IMG/VR virus record: IMGVR_UViG_3300032112_000032
Coordinates: 1 to 29,377 of that record
Strand: one strand, 5' to 3'
DNA: 29,377 bases
Source: a virus
Taxonomy: Duplodnaviria; Caudoviricetes
Notes under the pieces: generated by a model
The model's database searches: none
Seen by the model: only the letters and a program-made list of their open reading frames with translations
What the model was told of the DNA's origin: nothing
Shown here: positions 7,512 to 15,123 of the stretch, in pieces
Layout of the letters: the number at the start of each line of letters is the position of its first letter
Numbering within the stretch: position 1 is the stretch's first letter
Position numbers and translations under genes: made by a program

Positions 7512-8234
7512 TTATAGCACGGTTGTGTATGTCCCGTTGAGCGTCCGCCAGATCTTTTCCTTGAGAGGGTCGCGTGTCGGGTCCGTAGCCTGTGCGTACG
7601 TTGTTGATAGGATTTTCTCCCGCAATTCTTTTGGGATTTTATGTGTTTTCATCTTGCGACGCAAATTTTTTTCTTGCTCCGCCTGCTGTTCGTAATTCTC
7701 GTCATTTCCGTTGTAGTAGTAGCTTGTGGGATAGGTGACATAGAGGATGTACCGAAAAGGGCTTTTTTCGTACTTCATGATCTGCTCATGGATGGCAAGC
7801 GGTCCGTGACAGCCTGTGTCGAGTTCGATAGCGACCGGATCGAGTCCCATGCAGTGACGATCATCGACATACAGAATGCCGTCTGAGTTTGGAAACTTTT
7901 CATTGAGTCCGCCGTATTTCACCGCGTAGCCGTGCAGATCAAGATTTACCAGAAAGCTGTTCAAGGCTTGATTGTGAAAGAAGTATTGCATCCCGATCCG
8001 CTTATCCTTGCCCAAGCGTAAATAGATGGCGTCTTTGGATTTTGCCCTGATGAGCCGTCGAGTGCGTACCAGAACGTTCATTGTCGTGCTGGCAAGGCGT
8101 GATGCTTCCATGCGGTCTTTGAGCCAATGACTTGTGAAAAGGTGCTTGCCCATGATTTTGGGCGTGATGAAAGGGAGCATGTTAGCATACTTGACGCAGT
8201 ATTCAGTTTTTGCCAGGTAGAGCTTTTTCTCCAT
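7512..8234 (-). CDS. Replication-relaxation family (PF13814-like, MOB-C-like) protein, copy 2
   Basis: N-terminal wHTH-like region, FFHNQALNSF, NSDGILYV, VAIELDTG, IHEQIMKY. Confidence 0.65.
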   Translation of the reverse strand: MEKKLYLAKTEYCVKYANMLPFITPKIMGKHLFTSHWLKDRMEASRLASTTMNVLVRTRRLIRAKSKDAIYLRLGKDKRIGMQYFFHNQALNSFLVNLDLHGYAVKYGGLNEKFPNSDGILYVDDRHCMGLDPVAIELDTGCHGPLAIHEQIMKYEKSPFRYILYVTYPTSYYYNGNDENYEQQAEQEKNLRRKMKTHKIPKELREKILSTTYAQATDPTRDPLKEKIWRTLNGTYTTVL

Positions 8235-8280
8235 ATAATTTCATTATCACAGACCACCAGTGATGATCTGTGGAAGGAAA

Positions 8281-8565
8281 CTAAGCACCTGTTATTCCTG
8301 ACTCATTTGGCTGTGTTGATCCGCTATCATTCAAAACTAATCCTTTGATTGCCCACATAGCAGATGTTTCTAGCTCTGTGATAGCTATTGAACGCTGTCG
8401 TGATGCTGGCAACGTCAATAAAAATTTATGCAATGATGTGTATGCGTCTCTTACTTCCTGAATTACTGGAAGCATATCTTCTGCAGGTTTGAAGTATCCA
8501 AATGGATTTACTTCTGTTGCTTTTTCTCCTCGTGTCTCATTTGAGACTGTTTCTCCTTGATCCAT
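8281..8565 (-). CDS. Acb2/Tad1-like helical hairpin protein (putative immune-signal sponge)
   Basis: F.Y..P motif followed by PASRQRSIAITELETSAMWA. Confidence 0.65.
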   Translation of the reverse strand: MDQGETVSNETRGEKATEVNPFGYFKPAEDMLPVIQEVRDAYTSLHKFLLTLPASRQRSIAITELETSAMWAIKGLVLNDSGSTQPNESGITGA

Positions 8566-8623
8566 ATTTTTATGATTAATTAATTATCTTCATAAGACAG
8601 GCATAACCTGCCTTAGAAAACAA

Positions 8624-8767
8624 CTATTTAGGCATCTTCATGATCGATGCCACAACGTCCTACTGTGTCGTTCCTGCTTGTTTTACAATCTTATTGATCT
8701 TCACACGGTCTGACTTGTAGACGCGGATATAGACCACTTCTCTTTTCTTTTTTGGCTTTGCTGCCAT
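8624..8767 (-). pseudogene. Ribbon-helix-helix-like regulator with internal TAG
   Basis: MAAKPKKKREVVYIRVYKSDRVKINKIVKQAGTTQ*DVVASIMKMPK*; TAG at 8660-8662. Confidence 0.5.
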
Positions 8768-8787
8768 AGTGATTTGTTTTAATTATT

Positions 8788-9206
8788 ACTCACTAATGCG
8801 CCCAGTCGGATACGCTATGTAGTTACGTAGATACAGATTTAGTGGAGCATGTATCTTAATCATCTGACTGTCTAACTGCGCCCATTAATGAACAATTTAG
8901 ACGGGATTTTAGACCATTTTTAGACAGAATATCTGACTTACCATGAGCCCTGCAGAATTTGTTAACGCAAAACTGCTTGGCTCCAAAAGACCTTAACCTT
9001 TGTACCATACTTACGCATGGCTCATGATAAACCAGTTTTTAAACTACTCACCCGCCGCCCCCGCACCTTTTACAAAGAGCTGAGCAGGGCAACCGACGGC
9101 GAACTTTTACTATTCTTAGGTGGTTTTACGAGAGTGATGAGATGGCGGTTGCCCTGCTCACGATAAGCATTGACCGAACTGATAGGGATTTACAGGGGGG
9201 CGGCGG
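8788..9206 (-). ncRNA. Structured non-coding region (candidate leader or ncRNA)
   Basis: Three long-range stem-loops, including a perfect 15-bp IR (9081-9095/9146-9160) nested in an 11-bp IR (9052-9062/9196-9206). Confidence 0.4.
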
Positions 9207-9307
9207 AACTGACACTACTAAAGCAAAAAGCGGAACTTTATTTATATTGGCGAAGCCGACGAAAAATTTTATTTTTTGATGTGGGGTATAATGCCCTTAT
9301 ATTTTCC

Positions 9308-9337
9308 ATTATATCAATGAAACCTATATCTTGTCAA
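9308..9337 (-). promoter_or_regulatory. Sigma70-type promoter
   Basis: TTGACA-18 nt-TATAAT with extended TG. Confidence 0.65.
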
Positions 9338-9700
9338 TTTTGGGGGCTTCTGCCTCCCCTGCATTTCAAGAGTAATTGTCACATTCGGGTCATTCTCATA
9401 TAGCGCACAGAAAAGCTTCCATTTCAGCTTCCATACGTCGGTTGGATATCCTTTGCACTCCACATATTCAACAGTGCCGTCATTGTGATAAATTGCAAAG
9501 TCGATGTAGTAATCACAGACTTTGAATCCGTTTACGATGAGAGGAATCCTGTAATGTGGATCGTAGCCTTTGATCTCACCTTTCTTGAGCATCTGATCAT
9601 ATTTCAGGGCAAAGGAAGCCTCGAATTTACTGTCGTATTGCTTTCCTTTTGATTTGACTTTCGGGATGTTGAAGTAGTTTGTCCTTTTTCGCCATGTCAT
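9314..9700 (-). CDS. DUF1064-like PD-(D/E)XK nuclease
   Basis: YDSKFEA, YYIDF, VECKG, WKLKWKLF. Confidence 0.8.
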   Translation of the reverse strand: MTWRKRTNYFNIPKVKSKGKQYDSKFEASFALKYDQMLKKGEIKGYDPHYRIPLIVNGFKVCDYYIDFAIYHNDGTVEYVECKGYPTDVWKLKWKLFCALYENDPNVTITLEMQGRQKPPKLTRYRFH

Positions 9701-9897
9701 ACCACCGAAAGAATTGACAAGATAATGTACAGAACCGATGAGAGCGTGAAGCCGTAGAACATTCCGAGTGTCATATCTTGATATGGCGGTTTGACTGTTG
9801 GTTGAACTTTTGGCGCGATAATTTCTTTTGGCATAGGCTTGTTTTTATTAATAATGATTTGTGGAAGTCTCCGGGCGAGATCGTTCCATTGTCGCAA
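9697..9897 (-). CDS. Small membrane protein
   Basis: Hydrophobic C-terminus; ATGA overlap with the next gene; start uncertain. Confidence 0.45.
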   Translation of the reverse strand: MRQWNDLARRLPQIIINKNKPMPKEIIAPKVQPTVKPPYQDMTLGMFYGFTLSSVLYIILSILSVV

Positions 9898-9979
9898 TAT
9901 CTGAGTGTTACCATCTCGCCTCTGTCTTGCCAGATTGTCACAAAACGTGACGAATTAAGAAGGTAGTAGATTGGGATTT

Positions 9980-10480
9980 TCATAACTCATATTTTGGCAA
10001 TTTAATCTTTCCAGTTTTTTCATAGTTTTTCAAAACCTGTTCAAAAATGATTTGTGTGTTTTCTGTGATGAATGTTTTATCAATTTTGTCATTCCAGTAT
10101 TTTAGCGGTTCAGATTTGTCGTTTGTGACATTATTATACGCTTTTCCAGCCCCAACAAAGTCGCAAGCCATCTCAAGAATATATTTCAATGGCATATCAA
10201 CAGGTTCAACTTTCGCTTTATTGTAATGAATCCAATGCTGAAAATGATGTTTATTTTTGTGTACGTGGTTTAGCCATGCAACAGAGTAACCATTTTTGAT
10301 TATTTCAGCGTCTATCGGACTGCTTTTCCCTTGATAAAATTTTGCTGATATACAAAATTCTGTAGGACTATATTTTGACATATCATGCACTATTCCTTGC
10401 CAAAATAAACCTGATTTAAAACACTCTATCATTACGTAATATTTGTGTTTTGTAATTGTTTTTAAATGTTTCCAATACAT
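9980..10480 (-). CDS. DUF5662 family (HD-like) protein
   Basis: KHK, HDMSKYSPTEF, NHVHKNKHHFQHW, MP..YILEMACD. Confidence 0.8.
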   Translation of the reverse strand: MYWKHLKTITKHKYYVMIECFKSGLFWQGIVHDMSKYSPTEFCISAKFYQGKSSPIDAEIIKNGYSVAWLNHVHKNKHHFQHWIHYNKAKVEPVDMPLKYILEMACDFVGAGKAYNNVTNDKSEPLKYWNDKIDKTFITENTQIIFEQVLKNYEKTGKIKLPKYEL

Positions 10481-10489
10481 ACTATTTTT

Positions 10490-10606
10490 TTACATACTTA
10501 TTCCTTTGCTATTTAAAAATCTTTTGAACCATTTTAGTTGTATATAATATGATACCTTATATCCTATATAATATGAAATTAATGCAACTATTAATATTTT
10601 TATCAT
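10490..10606 (-). CDS. 38-aa hydrophobic peptide
   Basis: Manual translation MIKILIVALISYYIGYKVSYYIQLKWFKRFLNSKGISM; fills the gap between neighbours. Confidence 0.4.
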   Translation of the reverse strand: MIKILIVALISYYIGYKVSYYIQLKWFKRFLNSKGISM

Positions 10607-10611
10607 ATTGT

Positions 10612-10983
10612 TTATTTAGTTAAATACTTATTCCTCAACTTCCCCGTCATCGCCCACACAAGATTATGACGGTCTTTTTCGATGAGCGAGAGGACTTCCT
10701 CTTTTGTGTAAGCCGTGTGGTGAAGTGGCGGTGTAGGTACTTCGATTGCTGTTTGATTGATAACGTCTTGGATTGTGTTATTACTGGCTACGATGTCACA
10801 GATCCTTCCGCAGTTGTAGCAGACGTGATCGTCTTGGGATTTGATTGCTTGTTTGTAGGCATTTATTATGTGATTCTCTACTTGCGATGAAACATTGTTT
10901 CCATTTCTATCAAACAATGCGTCATTTTTTCCGTACATATCTTCTCTAAACTCTTTTAATATCTCTTCTTGCCATGTTTTCAT
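10612..10983 (-). CDS. Hypothetical phage protein
   Basis: Tightly packed ORF with CxxC. Confidence 0.6.
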   Translation of the reverse strand: MKTWQEEILKEFREDMYGKNDALFDRNGNNVSSQVENHIINAYKQAIKSQDDHVCYNCGRICDIVASNNTIQDVINQTAIEVPTPPLHHTAYTKEEVLSLIEKDRHNLVWAMTGKLRNKYLTK

Positions 10984-10984
10984 A

Positions 10985-11353
10985 TTATTGATTGTATTTA
11001 TCTTTGATTATTTCAATTATTTCACTTACAACATTGTTTCTGTCAAAATCTTCTTGTTCTAAATCGCTACTGTATTGGTAAATCTCATTTTTAAGCATTT
11101 CCATGATCTCATCAAGAAGTTGTTTGCGAATCACTGATTTATATGCTTTCATGAAATATGGAACATCAAGCTCATCTACTTTTTCTAATGTAGCGTCTTT
11201 TTTTCCTTGTTCGTAGATACTTTGTAATGACACCGAGATAAATGCTTTAACATCATCTGCTTGCACATCTACTAGCATACCGCTTCGATATGGAATTTCG
11301 TTGAATGCTCTATCAAACTCTTTCAATATATCTTCTATCTTTTTATTTTTCAT
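10985..11353 (-). CDS. Hypothetical phage protein
   Basis: Tightly packed ORF; ATGA overlap. Confidence 0.6.
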   Translation of the reverse strand: MKNKKIEDILKEFDRAFNEIPYRSGMLVDVQADDVKAFISVSLQSIYEQGKKDATLEKVDELDVPYFMKAYKSVIRKQLLDEIMEMLKNEIYQYSSDLEQEDFDRNNVVSEIIEIIKDKYNQ

Positions 11354-11643
11354 ATATCTTTTTCATTCAATATATTATTTTCTACTCTCTTTATCTCTGA
11401 CATCAAATATTTTTTGTATCTTTTTAGTTCTTTCAATGAATATTTTATTGCATCTTCTTTATTTGCAAATGGCATGTGTCTAATAACTTCGTACTGATCT
11501 CCAGGTTCTTTTGTTGAAAAATAGTTGGATCTAACTCTATAGATTGTGCGTTTTTTTATAATTGGCGTTTCTATGCGAATGAATCTAAAATCGTCATCGA
11601 CGAAATAATATTGTTCACCATTTTTTACTTTTATCTTTTTCAT
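11350..11643 (-). CDS. Hypothetical phage protein
   Basis: AT-rich 97-aa ORF coupled to the next gene. Confidence 0.55.
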   Translation of the reverse strand: MKKIKVKNGEQYYFVDDDFRFIRIETPIIKKRTIYRVRSNYFSTKEPGDQYEVIRHMPFANKEDAIKYSLKELKRYKKYLMSEIKRVENNILNEKDI

Positions 11644-11947
11644 ATCTTTATACTTTTAGCATCCGTAATGGATGGTGATTTAATTATTATGGCTTAACGT
11701 GATAACTAATTACATTGTCCTGTACAGTCGTGATGACTTCTCCTTCGTTTGTTGTACATCCGTTTTGAGTACAAAGAAGAAAAGAGAGGACTGTTATTGT
11801 TATTATTTGGTGCATAGTTTTTTTCCTTTAAGATTTACCACTCTGTGCCTGTAGATGATTTTTACCATGTAGGCGTTGTAATGTTCGGACCAGAAGTGAT
11901 GCTTGATCGGATAAGGGATGTAGATGTCCCGAATGATTGTTTTCATA

Positions 11948-12301
11948 TCAGTGAACTTTCTTAAAATTTACGATGTAGATCGGTTCAAATAAATTGTCGT
12001 ACTCGTCGCGGACCTCGACCGTTGCACCGTCCATGAGTGTTGTGATCGAGATGTCGGAGATCATTTCTTTGATCGCCTTGGCTTCCGATTTCAACTCTTC
12101 CAGCTTTTCCCAGCGAGAGCCCATGGCACGCTGTGCGGAGAGTTCGTGTTGCTTTTTCTTCTCTTTCAACTCGGTCAGCTTTTCGAGGATTGCCTGATAC
12201 TCTGCGTCCTGGGCTAAAACGTCTCTGTATTCCTTGCGGATCTCTTTCATCTCCTTTTTGATTGATTGTTGTTGATTGAAAACATCTTGTACGTCCTTCA
12301 T
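11948..12301 (-). CDS. Coiled-coil protein resembling a conserved Patescibacteria hypothetical
   Basis: QDVF...EYRDVL...ISDISITTLMDGATVEVRDEYDNLFEPIYIVNFKK; resemblance from recall only. Confidence 0.65.
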   Translation of the reverse strand: MKDVQDVFNQQQSIKKEMKEIRKEYRDVLAQDAEYQAILEKLTELKEKKKQHELSAQRAMGSRWEKLEELKSEAKAIKEMISDISITTLMDGATVEVRDEYDNLFEPIYIVNFKKVH

Positions 12302-12492
12302 ATTTTTTTATTTATGAAATTAAATGCTTGTTCAAATGCTTTGACAATGCTTTCATCTTCAACTGTGGCAATGTCTTTGTTGTTTTCTAGTGGGATAAAC
12401 CTCACTCGCCATTTATGGAATTTACTGTCAATCATCAGGTAGTAGCCTTTATTGCTAGCTTTTCGCCTTAGGATGTCGATTTGTTGTGGCAT
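12298..12492 (-). CDS. Hypothetical protein
   Basis: ATGA overlap with the next gene. Confidence 0.5.
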   Translation of the reverse strand: MPQQIDILRRKASNKGYYLMIDSKFHKWRVRFIPLENNKDIATVEDESIVKAFEQAFNFINKKI

Positions 12493-12680
12493 GACTTATT
12501 TATTAGTTGATAACGATACAGTCCGTCGTTGTTCACTTTCTCTGTGACGATCGAGTGACCTTGATCTCGGAGCTCTTTCAGTCTTGCTCCATATCTGAAA
12601 GCGATTGCGTTTAGTTCTCGATTGGTTGCGCCTTGTTTTCTTTCGATAAGGCGCATGATTCTGTCTTTTTGATTTTTCAT
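12468..12680 (-). CDS. Small winged-HTH protein (HTH_39-like)
   Basis: ATNRELNAIAFRYGARLKELRDQGHSIVTE...YRY. Confidence 0.7.
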   Translation of the reverse strand: MKNQKDRIMRLIERKQGATNRELNAIAFRYGARLKELRDQGHSIVTEKVNNDGLYRYQLINKSCHNKSTS

Positions 12681-12830
12681 ATTGAGGAGCAAATGTGCGG
12701 AGGCTCGTCAGTTAAGCCGGAGCACCTTTGCGGTTAGGAGGCGGTGACCGTGAAAGCCACCGTCTGTATCGGTAGAGGGGCACCGTAGTAACCTGCGCCA
12801 CCTCTCTACCGATATACTACTAATTACTTT

Positions 12831-13046
12831 TTACTCTCCTTTGATGAGCGCGTCAGTGAGAGCGTCGTCATCGTTACTTGCAACGAGTTCGTCCCAGATT
12901 TCTCGTGCTTTACTTTCGAGATCATTCATGAAGTCTGAATAGTCTTCATAGTCTCGTGCCATTGTGTAGAGTGCACAGTTCAGTGCGTCCTCTTTCTTTT
13001 CCGGTGCGGTTTCGACAATACCGACACCTTTCTTGAACTCCATCAT
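12831..13046 (-). CDS. Acidic hypothetical protein
   Basis: First ORF after a consensus promoter. Confidence 0.6.
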   Translation of the reverse strand: MMEFKKGVGIVETAPEKKEDALNCALYTMARDYEDYSDFMNDLESKAREIWDELVASNDDDALTDALIKGE

Positions 13047-13075
13047 ATTGTTAATGGTTACCTAGTTACACTATA

Positions 13076-13103
13076 ATTATAGCAAAATATGAAATGCTGT
13101 CAA
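13076..13103 (-). promoter_or_regulatory. Consensus sigma70 promoter
   Basis: TTGACA-16 nt-TATAAT with extended TG. Confidence 0.75.
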
Positions 13104-13372
13104 GCCCTTGAAAATGCTGTGTTTATCTTGCTTTTTGAAGTTAGGTATTTTTGTCTTGTCTCTTCAATTCTATGCTTTTTCATTTTATCTATTTTGATTT
13201 CACTTTTATCAGGCAAAGCAGTTACAAAATAAGCTGTGTTATAAAACCCATTTCCAATTTGAGCCACTTTCTTTTGATTGACTGCTTCCATAAGCGACTG
13301 CATTTTTTCTTGTTCAACTTTAACCTCTACGCTTTCTTTATTTGGGATATTAAATGTGACAATGTATCTCAT
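13100..13372 (-). CDS. Hypothetical protein coupled to the replication initiator
   Basis: ATGA overlap with the initiator stop. Confidence 0.6.
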   Translation of the reverse strand: MRYIVTFNIPNKESVEVKVEQEKMQSLMEAVNQKKVAQIGNGFYNTAYFVTALPDKSEIKIDKMKKHRIEETRQKYLTSKSKINTAFSRA

Positions 13373-14109
13373 ATTTTTACAATTCGATTTGATTGATTAT
13401 GTTGCTCTATATAGGCTTTGATGTGTCCGAGATTTTTTTCTAGTTCATAAGGAGTTATTGATTTCCCTTTGGCGTACCGATCAGCGTTTAACTTCGGCAG
13501 AATTTTTACCACCGCATTGATTTGCTCGATCGACCATTTGGCAAGCAATCGTTCAGCGGCAGCTCTTTGTGTCTTGTTACTATAAAGGGAACTAATTGAA
13601 GGATTAACGATTTCAAACATTTTGATCACTTGTGCTATTTCTTTCTTTTCCTCTGCAACGCTTGCCGTTGCAAGAATATCATTCTTATCATTCTTATCAT
13701 TCTTCTGTATAGTGTCGACTTTGTTTCGACCGCCTGTCGACCGAAAAGCATTTTCTGTGTCGACTGGCATATTATAATAGTAGTTGTCTAACGTCTGATA
13801 ATGCTGATAGTTATTGACTTTTACAATAAATCCTCGTGTCGACTTTCGTGTCGATAGCATGTCGACCGATTTTGCCCATCTGATGAATTTGTCAATTTGC
13901 CCTTTTGATGCACCTGTTCTCTCACAAATCCATTCGTATTTCAGGAATAATTCGCCGCGCTTGTACTTTTTGTCATCTTTGAAAGCGACCCTGCAGATGA
14001 TATACAGCCACATCTTTAGCCATTTATCAGGCTTATTATAAAAGATTTCACTTTCAACTATCTGCCTTGCGATCAAAACAGCGCCGCCTTCGATTTTTGC
14101 CTCATTCAT
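13369..14109 (-). CDS. Phage replication initiator (lambda O / replisome-organiser-like)
   Basis: GGAVLIARQI..SEIF, WLKMWLYII, wHTH, VNNYQHYQ, KNDKNDKND linker, internal repeats. Confidence 0.8.
   Translation of the reverse strand: MNEAKIEGGAVLIARQIVESEIFYNKPDKWLKMWLYIICRVAFKDDKKYKRGELFLKYEWICERTGASKGQIDKFIRWAKSVDMLSTRKSTRGFIVKVNNYQHYQTLDNYYYNMPVDTENAFRSTGGRNKVDTIQKNDKNDKNDILATASVAEEKKEIAQVIKMFEIVNPSISSLYSNKTQRAAAERLLAKWSIEQINAVVKILPKLNADRYAKGKSITPYELEKNLGHIKAYIEQHNQSNRIVKI
13713..13866. repeat. Iteron-like TGTCGAC repeats (putative origin)
   Basis: Copies at 13713, 13724 (TTTCGAC), 13735, 13758, 13837, 13849 (TGTCGAT) and 13860. Confidence 0.7.
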
Positions 14110-14127
14110 TTATGTTTTTTAAAAATT

Positions 14128-14241
14128 AAAAGCAGGTACACGTGTTGTATCTTAGCCTTAGCAGTGAGGACACAGCGACCTCGTTGACTAAGACACAACA
14201 CTTGTATCTGCTTTTGCTGTGTTTGTATTCACCCCTGCTAA
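14128..14241 (-). promoter_or_regulatory. Structured leader of the initiator mRNA
   Basis: 28-bp imperfect stem 14128-14155/14188-14215; loop complementary to 14216-14241. Confidence 0.6.
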
Positions 14242-14265
14242 AAGGTTTTACATTGATCTTTGTAA

Positions 14266-14312
14266 ATTATAACATATCGATTTTACTGCGCAAGTGTGCA
14301 ACCTGTGGATAA
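14266..14312 (-). promoter_or_regulatory. Promoter with upstream DnaA box
   Basis: TTGCGC-16 nt-TATAAT with extended TG; TTATCCACA at 14304-14312. Confidence 0.65.
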
Positions 14313-14353
14313 CTCAAACCATATTACCCAATCAGGGAAAATGGTTTTGCAAT

Positions 14354-14397
14354 AAAAAAAGCGGCTCGTTAGGCAATTAACCTTTTCGATCCGCTTT
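14354..14397 (-). terminator. Terminator after the R-M cassette
   Basis: AAAGCGG...CCGCTTT stem with a U-tract on the - strand. Confidence 0.45.
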
Positions 14398-14450
14398 GTC
14401 TTAATGCCTTTCAAGTATATCACACTATACGAGAAAGTATTGTTTGTAGT

Positions 14451-15122
14451 CTATTTCGCTATACTAGAACCCTCTTTCCATTCCTGTATAACTTCGATCG
14501 CAGATTTTTCACTCTGTGAATGGTTTGCGTATGTATTCCAGTCTGGTGAATATTCTTCAGATTGATTGCCCCAACAAAACCAATTCCGACGATTGCCACG
14601 GGCAAAAAGTTCAATGAACGGGCCGGAACTGCACGACTCGATCAACTTATATTGCTCGTCCGGCTTTCTGCTGTGTTCTCTCTTGCGCGACACAATGATA
14701 TTTTCTTGACTGCGCCCTGGTTGCAGTGTTCGCGCGTTTTTACCTCTAACACCGAACAAGATCATTTCCGTGACGTTGCGGAAGTAAAAACCGACACCAC
14801 GCCGATCTGGTCCGTTATCTTTGCGCACTTTGTACCAAACCAGATTAGACTTGTAGCAAAAACCCCAGCTTTTCATTACTTCCAAGCCTTCCGCAAGCAA
14901 GGCGTTTGGAATCCACAAATACAGGTGCGCGGGCTCCGTGACGATCTTTGATACTGGTAATTCTTTGATCTCGTCCAGCGTCATTGTGGGGTATCTGGCG
15001 AGGCGTTTATGCTCCGGAGCCATTTTCCCCGTACGATTTTGAAACTGCCACGGCGGATCTGCCAAAACAGTGGAAAACTTCTTTTTTCCGACATCTTTGA
15101 TCAGATCGTCTGCTGCACTCAT
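14451..15122 (-). CDS. MT-A70 family adenine methyltransferase
   Basis: LADPPW, HLYLW, EHSRKP, IELFARG; probable start MSAADD at 15122. Confidence 0.9.
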   Translation of the reverse strand: MSAADDLIKDVGKKKFSTVLADPPWQFQNRTGKMAPEHKRLARYPTMTLDEIKELPVSKIVTEPAHLYLWIPNALLAEGLEVMKSWGFCYKSNLVWYKVRKDNGPDRRGVGFYFRNVTEMILFGVRGKNARTLQPGRSQENIIVSRKREHSRKPDEQYKLIESCSSGPFIELFARGNRRNWFCWGNQSEEYSPDWNTYANHSQSEKSAIEVIQEWKEGSSIAK

Positions 15123-15123
15123 T

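Noticed and set aside
8660-8662. Genome-wide TAG recoding
   Set aside because: TAG terminates intact genes normally (e.g. SSB ending in DVPF) and long ORFs are uninterrupted under code 11
6424-9063. Direct repeat CCGCCGCCCCCG at 6424 and 9052
   Set aside because: Low-complexity 12-mer; the second copy is explained by a local stem
8770-9300. CRISPR mini-array or tRNA
   Set aside because: No regularly spaced direct repeats and no cloverleaf or T-loop consensus
12680-12765. Hammerhead (CTGACGAG) or c-di-GMP riboswitch-like words on the - strand
   Set aside because: Required GAAA elements and stems are not correctly positioned
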